A stretch of DNA of 64,000 nucleotides from Longimicrobiales bacterium (GTDB lineage Bacteria > Gemmatimonadota > Gemmatimonadetes > Longimicrobiales > Gaopeijiaceae), in contig CBDDCX010000008.1 of assembly GCA_965226375.1 (NCBI GenBank), positions 1,856,001 to 1,920,000 on the forward strand, written 5' to 3'. Position numbers and translations under genes: made by a program. Below the pieces are notes generated by a model. That model was not told where the DNA came from. It saw nothing but the letters and a program-made list of their open reading frames with translations, and made no database searches. Positions 9,284 through 19,595 of this stretch are shown here, one piece after another. Position 1 is the first letter of the stretch; each line of letters opens with the position of its first letter.

Positions 9284-12004
9284 TTACTCGGGCTCCACCC
9301 TCACCGCACAGACCTTCAACTCAGCCGTCTGGGTCACCGGATCATAACCCGAGCCGGTCAAGACGTTCACCGGCACGTCACTGAAGCTGAACGTCGTGAA
9401 CACGGTCCCCTTGGGAGAACGGTTGTTGGCCTGGACCTTCACTCTGACCGATCCCCGGCGGCTGGAGACGATAGCACAGCCTCCGTCCTCGAGGCCCCAC
9501 TCCTCGACATCGCTCGGGTGGACCTCCAGGACCTCCTCGGACAAGAGGTACTCGATTCCTGAAGACCGCCCTGTCTGGGTGCGGGTGTGGTACGAGGCCA
9601 GCCTGCGTCCCGTGGTGAGCCATACCGGGTAGTCGTCGTCGATGGTCTCCGCCGGATCGCGATACTCCGCGATTGCGAAGATGCCACGGCCGTTGACGAA
9701 CTCCTCTTCGTGCAGTCGGGGTGTCCCCGGATGGCCCTCGAACGGGACGGGCCACTGGTATTCGCCGTCTTCGACGCTATCCCAGGTCACCCCTTGGTAG
9801 ATAGGAGACAGCTCACAGCACTCATTGAAGACCTCGTGAGGTCCTTCGTAGTCGAACCCCTTGAAGCCCATGCGCTTCGCGAGCTGGGACGTGATCCACC
9901 AGTCGGGCATGGCCTCTCCCTGAGGCGGTACGGCCGCCCGAAGGCGCTGAATACGCCTCTCCGTGTTCGTCTGGGTCCCGTCCACCTCGGCCCAGGCCGC
10001 GGCCGGGAATACCACGTCGGCCAGCTCCGCCGTGTCGGTCATGAAGAGGTCGGTGACCACCAGGAAGTCCAGGCTCCTCAAGGCGTGCTCGCAGTGGGTG
10101 CGGTCCGGATCGGTGACGACCGTGTTTTCACCGTCGATGTACATAGCCCGGATCTGATCTCCACACATTTCCAAGGCGGTGACCTTGGTGATCCCCAGCT
10201 CGAGATCGACCTTGGTCCCCCACGCCTTCTCGAACTTTTCCTGATTGGCCGGATCGGTGACCAACTGGAACCCTGGGTAGTTGTTCGGCAGCGCGCCCAT
10301 GTCCCCGGCGCCCTGAATATTGTTCTGCCCACGCATGGGGTTTATGCCCGTTCCCTCCCGGCCGATGTTCCCCGTCAGGAGGGCGAGGTTGCACAGGCTC
10401 TGCACGTTCTCGACACCGCAGATGTGCTCGGTGATTCCGAGCGTATAGTAGATCGCCCCACGTTCGGCCCGGCCGTACAAAAGGGCCGCCTTCTCGATGT
10501 CCTCGGCCGGCACCTCGCAGATTTCCGCGGCCCACTCGGGTGTGAATCGCTCCGCGTGCTCCAGGAACTGCTCGCCTTCGGTGGTGCGGGCGGCCATGAA
10601 GGCCTCGTCCACCAAGCCCTCCCGTGCGATAACGTGCGCCATCGCCAGAAGCAACGCCGTATCGGAGCCCACCCGGATGGGCAGGAACACGTCGGCAATC
10701 TTCGCGAGGTCGATCTTCCGGGGATCGGCCACGATCATCTTGGCCCCCTTGGCCAGGGCCTTCTTCATGCCCGTGGCGGCCACGGGGTGGGTCTCCGTCA
10801 TGTTGGTCCCGATGCAGAAGATCACATCGGGTTTATCCATGTCCACCAGCGGGTTCGACATGGCGCCCCGACCAATGCTTGCCGCCAGACCGGCGACGGT
10901 AGGAGCGTGTCAGGCACGGCTACAGTTGTCGATGTAGTTGGTACCCAACCCCGCTCTCACGAACTTCTGCATCGTATAGGCGGCCTCATTGGGAGCCCGG
11001 CCCGACGCGATACCGTAGAAGCTATGGCGGCCATGTTCCGCGATGACCTTGCCCAGTGCGTCGGCGGCACGATCGAGCGCCTCGTCCCATGATGCGGGCC
11101 GGAGCTTACCGTTCTCGTCCCTCACGAACGGAGTGGCGAGACGGTCGCGATGCCCTACGAAGTCGTAGGCGTACTGACCCTTCACACACAGTGCGCCGTG
11201 GTTGGCGGGACCGTCCATAGCCGGCAGAACCCCCACGATCTCATCGCCCCTCGTCAGGACGTCGATGGAGCAGCCGACCCCGCAGTAGGTGCAGATGGTA
11301 CGTGTCTTCTCGGTGACACCAGGCACATCGACATTCGCCAAAGCCTTCAGATCGGCCAGAGCACCCGTCGGACAGGTCTGCACACACTGCCCGCAAAAGG
11401 TGCATGCCGAGTCTCTGAGCAATCCATTGAACTCCGTCGTGATCTGTGTGTCGAAGCCTCGGTTCATGACCGAGATCGCGTAGTCCCCCTCTTGCTCCGC
11501 ACATACTCGCACGCAACGGTAACACGAGATGCAATTCTCGTAGTCTCTGAGGATGAACGGGTTGGGATCGCTCGGATGGCTCGTCCCCGACTGCTTTCCT
11601 TTGAAGCGGCCGGTGCGCGCGTCATAGCGATCCAGGAGGGTACCCATCTCCTGGCTGGCGTACCCGGAGAGCCCATCCACGTCGAGGTCCCGGTTCTCCG
11701 AGGCGACCATCTCCATGAGAACACGGCGGTGCATCTGCAGCCGGCCCCCCGTGGTCTTCACCTTCATCCCGGCGGTGGCCTGTGTGGTGCATGAGGCCAC
11801 CGGGTTGCGGGCGCCCTCGAGCTCGACGATGCACATGCGGCAGCCGCCGAAGGGGTCGAGGCGGGCGTCGTAGCAGAGCGTGGGGATCTCACGCTGGTGT
11901 CGCTCCGACACCTCGTAAATGGTCTCGCCACGGGCGAAGGGCACTTCCTCGCCATCCAGGAAGAGCGTTGATTCGTCGTGAGACTTTCCGTTCGTTCCAC
12001 TCAT
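9284..12004 (-). CDS. fdhF: Formate dehydrogenase alpha subunit, selenocysteine-containing (906 aa, Sec at codon 365)
   Basis: ORFs 10910-12004 and 9284-10861 are in one frame, joined as DNCSRA-TGA-HAPTVAGL, the Mo/W-ligand position. Also [2Fe-2S], 2x[4Fe-4S], CTYCGVGC and RGQNNIQG motifs. Confidence 0.93.
10881..10912 (-). promoter_or_regulatory. Sec UGA codon and bacterial SECIS hairpin of the FDH alpha gene
   Basis: UGA at 10912-10910, then 12 nt, then stem GUCGCC / loop GGUCU / GGCGGC. The loop resembles the E. coli fdhF SECIS loop. Confidence 0.85.
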
Positions 12005-12008
12005 TCGG

Positions 12009-13670
12009 CTACCCTGTCACGTGATCGGACACTCGCTGAGGAAAGTACTTCAGCAGGCTATTCGTTATCAGTGGAGCCGCCATACCCAGGCCGCACGCAC
12101 TCGTCTCCATCATGGTCTTGCCAAGATCTACCACCTCGTCGATCCAGGGCTCCAACTCCTTGGGACCCGCCTTGCCTGCCAGTCGTTCCATGAGTCGCTG
12201 GGTGCCGATACGGCACGGGAAACACTTTCCGCACGACTCGTGGGCGAAGAACTCCATGGCCTGATGGGACACCTCGATCATGTCCCGGGTGTCGTCGAAG
12301 ACCATGATGCCGCCCGCCCCCAGAAACGAGTCCTTCGATCGGATACTCGGCTCGTCGAGCGTGACATCCAGATCTTCACCTGCGAGATAGCCGCCAGACA
12401 GTCCCGCCATGGTAACCGCCTGAATCGTACGTCCCTCGCCGACTCCCCCGGCCCACTCGTCGATGAGCTCCCCGAGTGGGAATCCCAGTGGCACCTCATA
12501 GTTGCCCGGCCGCGCCACGTCGCCCGACAGGCTGATGACCTTGGTTCCGGCCTGTTCGCCACGTCCCAGCCCCCGGTACCACTCCGCGCCGTGCCGTACG
12601 ATGGGCGCAACCGAGGCCAACGTCTCCACGTTGTTGACCACCGTGGGCAGATCCTCGAAGCCGTGCGTTACCGGATAGGGAGGCCGGTTCCGGGGAAACG
12701 GATGCTTGCCCTCCAGGCTGTTGAGGAGCGAGGTCTCCTCACCACAGATGTACGCGCCCGCCCCCCGCCGCACATATAGGTCGAACGAGAACTCGGACCC
12801 CAGAATGCTCTGACCCAGGAGGCCGGCGTCTCCGGCTTCAACCAATGCCTGAGCGAGCACACGTTCGGTCTCGGGATACTCGTAACGGAGGTATATGAAC
12901 CCTCGGGTGGCGCCCGTGGCGTAGGCCGCCAAGGCCATGCCTTCCACGATGGCGTGAGGGTCGTAGTCCATGAGACACCGGTCCTTGAAGCACCCGGGCT
13001 CTCCTTCGTCAGCGTTACAGACGATCGTCTTCGGATGCCCCTCGGCATCCGCCACCGCCTTCCACTTCACGCCAGTGGGGAATCCGGCCCCACCCCGCCC
13101 CGCGAGCCCCGAGTCGGCGATCAGCTGGACCAGCGCCTCGGGAGTCATCTCCAGGGCAGATCGAAGAGCCTCGTACCCGCCGGTGTTCTGGTACCCGTCC
13201 AAGCTGGCACGACCGGGCTGGCGGATGTCCGCAAAGACACATTCTTCGATGCCCTCCGGTGCCTCCGGAGGTAGAGGCGAGGGCCGGGATTCCAAGTCGG
13301 TGGCGGAGAGCCCCACCAGTGTGTCGTGGCCGCGAAGGACCGGAATCGGGTCGTCGCAGCGCCCCGAGCAGGGCATGGGGGTGGCGCCGTCTAGCGCTGC
13401 AAGCAGTTGCTCGGCCCCATACATCTTGCAGACGGGGCCAGTACAGACCCGCGGGGCATCGAGGCCGCCGGGCTCGCGGGCGAAATGATGGTAGAATGTG
13501 ACCGTCCCAAAGAGGTCGGCGATCGGAATACGAAGGCCCGTCGCTACGGCCTGGAGGGCCTCTTCCGACAAGTACCCATCCCGATCATGGAGGGCCTGAA
13601 GGATCGGAAGGAGCGGCGCGGGCTCGTCCTTCCACCGGTCTATGATTTCGTGTTCGTTGGTTCGGGTCAT
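12009..13670 (-). CDS. NAD(H)-binding FDH subunit, NuoE-NuoF-like fusion (gamma plus beta)
   Basis: N-terminal LLPILQALHD, TFYHHF, CTGPVC...CSGRC; C-terminal GRGGAGFP, NADEGEPG, GAGAYICGEET, CGKCFPCRIG...CGLG. Confidence 0.9.
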   Translation of the reverse strand: MTRTNEHEIIDRWKDEPAPLLPILQALHDRDGYLSEEALQAVATGLRIPIADLFGTVTFYHHFAREPGGLDAPRVCTGPVCKMYGAEQLLAALDGATPMPCSGRCDDPIPVLRGHDTLVGLSATDLESRPSPLPPEAPEGIEECVFADIRQPGRASLDGYQNTGGYEALRSALEMTPEALVQLIADSGLAGRGGAGFPTGVKWKAVADAEGHPKTIVCNADEGEPGCFKDRCLMDYDPHAIVEGMALAAYATGATRGFIYLRYEYPETERVLAQALVEAGDAGLLGQSILGSEFSFDLYVRRGAGAYICGEETSLLNSLEGKHPFPRNRPPYPVTHGFEDLPTVVNNVETLASVAPIVRHGAEWYRGLGRGEQAGTKVISLSGDVARPGNYEVPLGFPLGELIDEWAGGVGEGRTIQAVTMAGLSGGYLAGEDLDVTLDEPSIRSKDSFLGAGGIMVFDDTRDMIEVSHQAMEFFAHESCGKCFPCRIGTQRLMERLAGKAGPKELEPWIDEVVDLGKTMMETSACGLGMAAPLITNSLLKYFPQRVSDHVTG

Positions 13671-13909
13671 GGAACTCGATTGTCGTCAGAAGGCGCCGGA
13701 GACAGACGGGCCTGAGGCGGTGTGCCGCCAATACGGCAGCCGCGCTGCGCTGAATGTAGGATCTCGCTGAGGGTCTCGCACCATTCCAATCGGTTTTCGC
13801 TGCAATAGCGCCATCCGCCCCCTGACTGTAAGAACTCAGCGATGCGCTCGGATGACGACACAAGCGACGCCTCGTAGGTTCCAGATCACCAAAGAGGCTC
13901 ATCTCGCCT

Positions 13910-14252
13910 GTGAGGACCTCCCACGCAATGGAATCGAACACCATGAGCCACGCCGTCAACATGTCGGCCGTACATCGGGTGGCGTCTCTCCTCAAGCGCT
14001 GGGTCCTCGGAACCCTCCAAGGAGGGATCGCCCGCGAACACCTCCCCTACTATCTGGACGAGTTCACCTTTCGCTTCAACCGACGCACATCCCGGGCTCG
14101 CGGCCTGTTGTTCTACCGCTTGCTTGAGCAGGCTGTTCAGTGTGCTCCCACGCCAGCTTCGGCCCTTTACCTCGGCACCGGACGTGGGAAACGGCCCGCA
14201 GAGCCCCGGTAACCACTATATCTTGGGGTCGGTGGACTTAAGGGAATACCCC
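13910..14252 (+). mobile_element. IS1595-family remnant: 3' end of transposase plus terminal sequence
   Basis: VHRVASLLKRWVLGTLQG...HLPYYLDEFTFRFNRR (ISXO2-like C-terminus), followed by the IS-end-like GTGGACTTAAGGGAATACCC. No 5' portion. Confidence 0.8.
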
Positions 14253-14707
14253 CTCTGCCCATTCCTTCTCCAGCGCACCGAAGAGCTGTAGTGCTCGCTG
14301 CCCACGTCCTCATCGAGGTCCTGCCACTCGGCCTTTGGCTGGCAGTTCACGATGGTGGGTGGAGCAGTGCCGTCCCCTCCACTGTAGTCCACCTCGCACC
14401 AGGCGAACTGGAACACCCCGTCGAGTCCCGGGACGAAGTCGCCAGAACACGCGTCATCGGACAGATGGTTGTCTACGGTAGGCGGCAGAAAGCACATCCC
14501 CGGAGCACCTGTCCCACCTGCGTGACCGTAGTCGAAGGCGTCGCAAGGGGACAGGCCCCCACACAGATCGTCGGTGACCGGGTCACCCCCGACGTGGCTC
14601 ATCTGAATGGTGGGCGCCGTTGTGAGAGGGTCCTGCGAGCTTACGATAAGATCAGAACACGCAACAACGAACAAAGTCGCGATCGCGACGAACAGCAGTG
14701 CACGCAT
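14253..14707 (-). pseudogene. Lipoprotein of unknown function, truncated by the IS1595 end
   Basis: GGAGG RBS and lipobox VVAC. The frame runs into the IS end and stops at 14216. Confidence 0.6.
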
Positions 14708-14919
14708 GAATCAACCTCCAGCAGGTTTTCCGGCTCTCACCGATCTCAGCTCTGGCCGCTGAGGCGAGGGCTACGCCGCAGAAGCGCGCCCGTCGGCATT
14801 GCTAGAGAGGGGGGGCCTGATTTCCGTTCTTTAGAATCTCGAACGTGGAGGCCAAAGTGCTCGTGCGCAAGCAGATAGACCGTGATCCGATCGCACCGAT
14901 TGACCACCACAGATGATCG

Positions 14920-16761
14920 TTAGTTGTTCCGATAGACGAACTGCTGGAAGTCGGGCCGAGTCCGCACCTCCCGCCACCACCAGTGAAGCTCCCCGTCGGG
15001 GCCGAGGGTGCTGCCCGGAGTCGCCGCTACCCAGCGACGCAGCACCTCGACCGCACCGTCCGGGTCGCCGGTGCTGGCTCGGATCCCCGCATCGAACACG
15101 ATGAGATTACGCTGCGGATCGACCTCCTCGCTGTGGTCCACACGCGCGAGCACACTGGAAGCACTGTCGGCCAATCCGGCGTTCCTCAGGACGCCAGCCA
15201 CCATGATCTCACCTATGCCATGCTTGAAGCGCCGGAGGGACTCGGGCACGATGGAGTCCTGTCGCGCCAGCAGGGCCCAAGCGCCATCGACGTCGGGGGT
15301 CTCTGAGGGAACCGCCATAAGCCAGAGCTGGCACTCGACGAATCTGTAGTTGTCCGGAAATCGACGGATACCCTCGTCGCACCAGTTGTTGGCGTCGCGG
15401 AACTGCTCGAGGTCGTATTGGGCGTACGCCAGGCGGTCGTAGATCCGATCCGCACCACGCAAGTAGGCATCCTCCTCCAGAGCGCGGCGGGCCTCCAGCA
15501 CTACTCCCACGTCGTCCGGAATGCCCCCGAACAGGAAACTGAGCATGCTGTGAGCGCTCGCCAGCGACGGGTCCGCCTCGACGGCGGCCTCGAGGTCGGC
15601 CTGAGCCTCCGTCAGGAGGCCCGCCACCTCCACCGGATCCGGCGTAAGAGCCAGCTGGTGCGCCAGCAACTTGATCGTGCCTCTCTGTTCCAGTGCGATC
15701 GCATCGTTTGCATCAAGCGCCAAGGCTCGACTCGCGTGCTCGAGGCCGAGATCCATCTCCCTGCCGGCGGTCTCCATATCGCCTGTGATGGCCGCGAACC
15801 AGGCCTTCCTGTAGGCGGCATGCGCCCGGGCGCCCGGCGGTTGAACCCATTGCGGGTCCGCCCTCTCGGCGATGGCAAGCAGGGAATCCGCTCGCCGGAA
15901 GGCCTGGACAGACACCCCAACCTCGCCCCCGCCCTCGAAGTTGTCCTCGGCGTCCGTGCGAAGTCGCTCCGCCCTCTGCGCCAAGGCCCACGCCTCGACA
16001 CTGGAGGTCGCCGCCCTCAACTCCCGCAGCTGCACCTCCTCGCCCAACTGCTGCCGCAAAAGCCGCGATACGCTCTCGGCCACCGAGTCGCGAGCCGCAA
16101 GGAACTCACCCGCTCCGATCTCGACGACCGTGCGCTCGATATCGGCACCGCTGAAACCATCCACCAGACGAGTCGTGATCCTCAGCTCGTCCCCGCGTTG
16201 ATCCACACTTCCGTCGATGATCGTGCCGACCCGAAGGGCCCGGGCGATGCTGTCTGCCCGGAGGTCCCCGCCCCGATAAGGCAACACACCGTTCCTGGAG
16301 ACCACGTCCAGCGATCGGACCTGATCGAGCTGATCGATCAGCGCCTCCGTAATGCCGTCGGCCACGTAGGCGAGATCCCCGCCCGAACTCACGTCCTCGA
16401 AGTAGAGGACCGCGATACTGGTCGGCCGAAGTCCGCTCTCTGCAGCGAGATCGAGGGATCGCGGCTGGTTGCGATATACCTGGACCGTCGCTACGAGCGC
16501 CAAGATCCAGATGATCGATTGCGATATGACCTCGGGTCGGGCCGCATACTGACGACCCGGAGCGCCGTGAAACCACGCGACGATGAGGCTACTCGGGATG
16601 CCGAACAGGTAAAGGACCAACGTGAGAGGGTATGCGACGGCCGGCACGAAATCGTACGAGACCACTTGATCCATCCCCTCGAGCGCCACGAACCCCGTTA
16701 CCGGGTAGGCGCCCATGAAGGGAAAGAGCCTGCGTTCCTTGATCTCGCTCAGCAACCGCAT
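14920..16761 (-). CDS. Membrane-anchored TolB_N/TPR protein (adenylate-cyclase-associated type)
   Basis: N-terminal TM bundle, SIAVLYFED...ADGITEALIDQL...LDVVSR, followed by TPR-like helices. Confidence 0.8.
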   Translation of the reverse strand: MRLLSEIKERRLFPFMGAYPVTGFVALEGMDQVVSYDFVPAVAYPLTLVLYLFGIPSSLIVAWFHGAPGRQYAARPEVISQSIIWILALVATVQVYRNQPRSLDLAAESGLRPTSIAVLYFEDVSSGGDLAYVADGITEALIDQLDQVRSLDVVSRNGVLPYRGGDLRADSIARALRVGTIIDGSVDQRGDELRITTRLVDGFSGADIERTVVEIGAGEFLAARDSVAESVSRLLRQQLGEEVQLRELRAATSSVEAWALAQRAERLRTDAEDNFEGGGEVGVSVQAFRRADSLLAIAERADPQWVQPPGARAHAAYRKAWFAAITGDMETAGREMDLGLEHASRALALDANDAIALEQRGTIKLLAHQLALTPDPVEVAGLLTEAQADLEAAVEADPSLASAHSMLSFLFGGIPDDVGVVLEARRALEEDAYLRGADRIYDRLAYAQYDLEQFRDANNWCDEGIRRFPDNYRFVECQLWLMAVPSETPDVDGAWALLARQDSIVPESLRRFKHGIGEIMVAGVLRNAGLADSASSVLARVDHSEEVDPQRNLIVFDAGIRASTGDPDGAVEVLRRWVAATPGSTLGPDGELHWWWREVRTRPDFQQFVYRNN

Positions 16762-16998
16762 GTAGTCAGAACCCCTGGGGGCCGAGTCGACCCGACGCCA
16801 GGACCGATGCTGGCGGGGCGGACATGTGTCGGCAGATTCGCAACGAAGATGATGAGCCGCACCCCAGGGCGTGTCAACGCGAGCGAGTGATGTCCGCCAA
16901 CGATAGGCGCGGCCGCCAGGATGTCGGTTGGCGCAGCCCGATTCCGCTTCCTAAAATCCGTGTGAACCCCACCGTCCTGGCTCAAGCAGGAGATTCCA

Positions 16999-17326
16999 AT
17001 GCTCAACGTACCCGGTTTCGGAAAGACCCGGATGGTCCCCGTCACGGAAGCTCTCATCGCAACGGCGACGTCTGTCTTCGGCACGGTGGCGTTTGCCCTC
17101 GGCACTGCCGGGTTTGCCCTCGCCTCGCCCCCGCCGATCTCGCATCCCAGGAAATCCCGTCCGACACGTTGCTCACCGTCGATCACTACCTGGATTTCGA
17201 GTCCGTGGAGAATACGGGGAGTACCACGGAACGGGCAGCATCCCCTCGAACTTCATGCGGACGCAGCTCTATCTGATGAAGTGGTTCGAGGAGTGGGGGG
17301 GAAAGGAGCGGCCGGTCACGGACTGA
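16999..17326 (+). pseudogene. S9 (prolyl oligopeptidase-like) peptidase gene with most of its interior missing
   Basis: RBS and signal peptide, then DTLLTVDHYLDFESV, then directly GEYHGTGSIPSNFMRTQLYLMKWF*, across three frames. Confidence 0.7.
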
Positions 17327-17333
17327 GGGGGGG

Positions 17334-17735
17334 CTAACCCCCGACGATCTCGGACAAGAGCCGCTCCGCGTACTCTTGATCCCATTGGGCCAGGTTTCGC
17401 CTCGCGGTCACCTCGAGGTGCGTTCCGCGCTCTCGAGTCTCGAGCGACACCGTGATGTCCAGTTCGTCCACCGACCCCTTGAGCGTCCGCTTATCGCCCG
17501 AGTCCTGCATGCTCTCGTCGGTGAGCTCGATTCCCATCCGCCTGAAGGCGGCACGGACTCGGCCTCTGGTGCCATTGATGTTCGACTGAAGCTCGGCTTC
17601 GGCACCCTGCGAGGTCACGTGGATCCCCGTGGCAGCCCCGGCTCCGGCGGCAGCTACGATACAGCCTGACGTCAGGCCTGCCGACAAGCCCACGACAAGC
17701 AGCGCCAGCCAGATTCGGATCGTCCTATCGCTCAT
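17334..17735 (-). CDS. DUF3568-like lipoprotein
   Basis: Lipobox TSGC followed by AAAGAGAATG and a small alpha/beta domain. Confidence 0.7.
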   Translation of the reverse strand: MSDRTIRIWLALLVVGLSAGLTSGCIVAAAGAGAATGIHVTSQGAEAELQSNINGTRGRVRAAFRRMGIELTDESMQDSGDKRTLKGSVDELDITVSLETRERGTHLEVTARRNLAQWDQEYAERLLSEIVGG

Positions 17736-17894
17736 CGAAAACCCCTCGGAATGATGGTTACCGAAGTATTCGGCCCATGCCTCACGATGTCCACGGGGAT
17801 GGGGAACTGCAAGGCTCGCGGGCCGAGGTTTCCGCGGAAACGCGGGGGCGACATCATGCTTTGGTGGGACACTACCAGGATCGGACCCCAGGCC

Positions 17895-19322
17895 TTACCG
17901 GTGCAACGCCTCGATCTGCTCGATCATCTCAGGGGCCTCGGCCGGCCCGAAGAGCCCCCCGAGAATCATGGCCGCCGCGCTTGCACACAACGCCACCACC
18001 ACCGGCGCCAGTCCGACGTCGATGACACCCAGCTGGACCAGCACGTAGACCACCGCGCCCGACGCCACCGCACCCACCCCACCTACCAGGTTGGCCTTCT
18101 TCCACCAAAGGCCGGCAACAGTCGGAACGAACAAGCTCGAGCTCAGCACCCCGACGCCTGCCGTGTAGAACTGGCTGATGAGTTCGGGCGGAGAGAACGC
18201 CCAGAACAGCGCCACGATGCCGATCACCCAGGTGGAGCCGATCCGAACGAGGCTCAGGGTCCGTTCGCTGGCCCGACCACGAAGGAATCCGCCCAGGATG
18301 TCGTGCGCGATGGCGGAGCTGCACGCCAACAGAAGCGCGTCGGTGGTCGACATGACGGCGGCCAGCACCGCCGCGACCGCGATCCCCCGTATGACCGGCG
18401 GAAACTGCATCTCCATGACCCGCAGGAAAAGCTGGTCTGGGTCCTGCAATCCCGGGAAGTCGATCCGCCCCACGGGCACGATGACCAACACCGCGGCCAG
18501 GATCATCACGCTATAGGCCAGCATGGCCAAGTTGAGCGACAGACGGGCGCTCTCGGCGTCCTTGGCCGTGTAGACCCGCATCACGATGTGGGGAATCACG
18601 GGAATCGCTGTCGCCCAAATCAGGAAATAGCCCAGATAGCTCGACACGGGTCGATTGACCACCTGCCCAAGTGCAGGCGCCACCGCCGTGGCTTGGCTCA
18701 TGATCTCGAACGGCGAGCCAATCCTCCAGATCAACACGAGGGCCGTGCCCACGACCACGATCAGCATCAGCATACCCTGGATCACGTCGGTCCAGGTGAT
18801 GGCGATCATGCCCCCGAAGGACACGTAGATGATGAACACCACCGTGGCCAACGTCAGCGAGACGTCGTAGGGAATCCCCAATAGCGCCTCGGCGGTGATA
18901 CCCGCGGCCTTGAGCTGAGCCACGATGTAGATCGTGAAAGCCGCCACGATCAGGATCGGAACCAGGTAGCGGACTATGACGTGCGGATACCGGTAGCTGA
19001 GGAAGTCGGTGATGGTGTACTTGCCGAAGTTCCGGAGCGGCTTCGCCACGAGGATGGAAGCCAACGGAAAGCCGAGCACGGCCCCGGCGAACAAGGCGAG
19101 TGTCGCTGGGATGCCCTGTGAGTAGGCGAGGCCCATGACGCCGATGATCGAGCCTCCGCTCGCGAGAGCGGCCATGATGGCCATGGAGTTCACGACGGTG
19201 CCAATGCGGCGGCCCGCCACCCAGTACTCGTCCCGGGAGCCCATGACCTTCTTGGATGCGACGATGCCGATGCCGACACAGCCGAACAGGTAGACGCCGA
19301 CGAGGATGCGCTCGAGTAGCAT
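17895..19322 (-). CDS. Sodium:solute symporter (ActP/PutP-like)
   Basis: EYWVAGRRIG, YTITDFLSYRY, GGMIAITWTDVIQG, AAVMSTTDALL. ATG overlaps the upstream TGA (TGATG). Confidence 0.9.
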   Translation of the reverse strand: MLLERILVGVYLFGCVGIGIVASKKVMGSRDEYWVAGRRIGTVVNSMAIMAALASGGSIIGVMGLAYSQGIPATLALFAGAVLGFPLASILVAKPLRNFGKYTITDFLSYRYPHVIVRYLVPILIVAAFTIYIVAQLKAAGITAEALLGIPYDVSLTLATVVFIIYVSFGGMIAITWTDVIQGMLMLIVVVGTALVLIWRIGSPFEIMSQATAVAPALGQVVNRPVSSYLGYFLIWATAIPVIPHIVMRVYTAKDAESARLSLNLAMLAYSVMILAAVLVIVPVGRIDFPGLQDPDQLFLRVMEMQFPPVIRGIAVAAVLAAVMSTTDALLLACSSAIAHDILGGFLRGRASERTLSLVRIGSTWVIGIVALFWAFSPPELISQFYTAGVGVLSSSLFVPTVAGLWWKKANLVGGVGAVASGAVVYVLVQLGVIDVGLAPVVVALCASAAAMILGGLFGPAEAPEMIEQIEALHR

Positions 19323-19522
19323 CAATCGGACCGGCGGCGCAGAAACGTCAAGAGCGCGATGGCGGGTGAGACGACCATCAGCGCCGCCATGAGCCAGCCG
19401 AAGACTACCATGCCGCCGAGTGCGATGGTGCGCCAAGCGGGGATGAACGAGAAGGCGGCGAAGACGACCAGGAAGACGAGGGTTGCGGCCTCGCCCCGTC
19501 TCATGGGGAAGAACGACTTCAC
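19322..19522 (-). CDS. Small 2-TM SSS accessory protein
   Basis: 66-aa hydrophobic ORF translationally coupled to the SSS gene. Confidence 0.7.
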   Translation of the reverse strand: MKSFFPMRRGEAATLVFLVVFAAFSFIPAWRTIALGGMVVFGWLMAALMVVSPAIALLTFLRRRSD

Positions 19523-19595
19523 GGGCGGTTCACGCTGGTGCGGCGATCATGGAATTGGTCATGGGCGACAAGATGCAGTCCAAACCCGGAGGTGC

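Noticed and set aside
9587..11092. Long antisense ORFs (501 aa here; also 15418-16890, 17751-18884, 27635-28921, 54511-55785)
   Set aside because: Shadow frames opposite well-supported genes, expected at high GC; no recognisable motifs.
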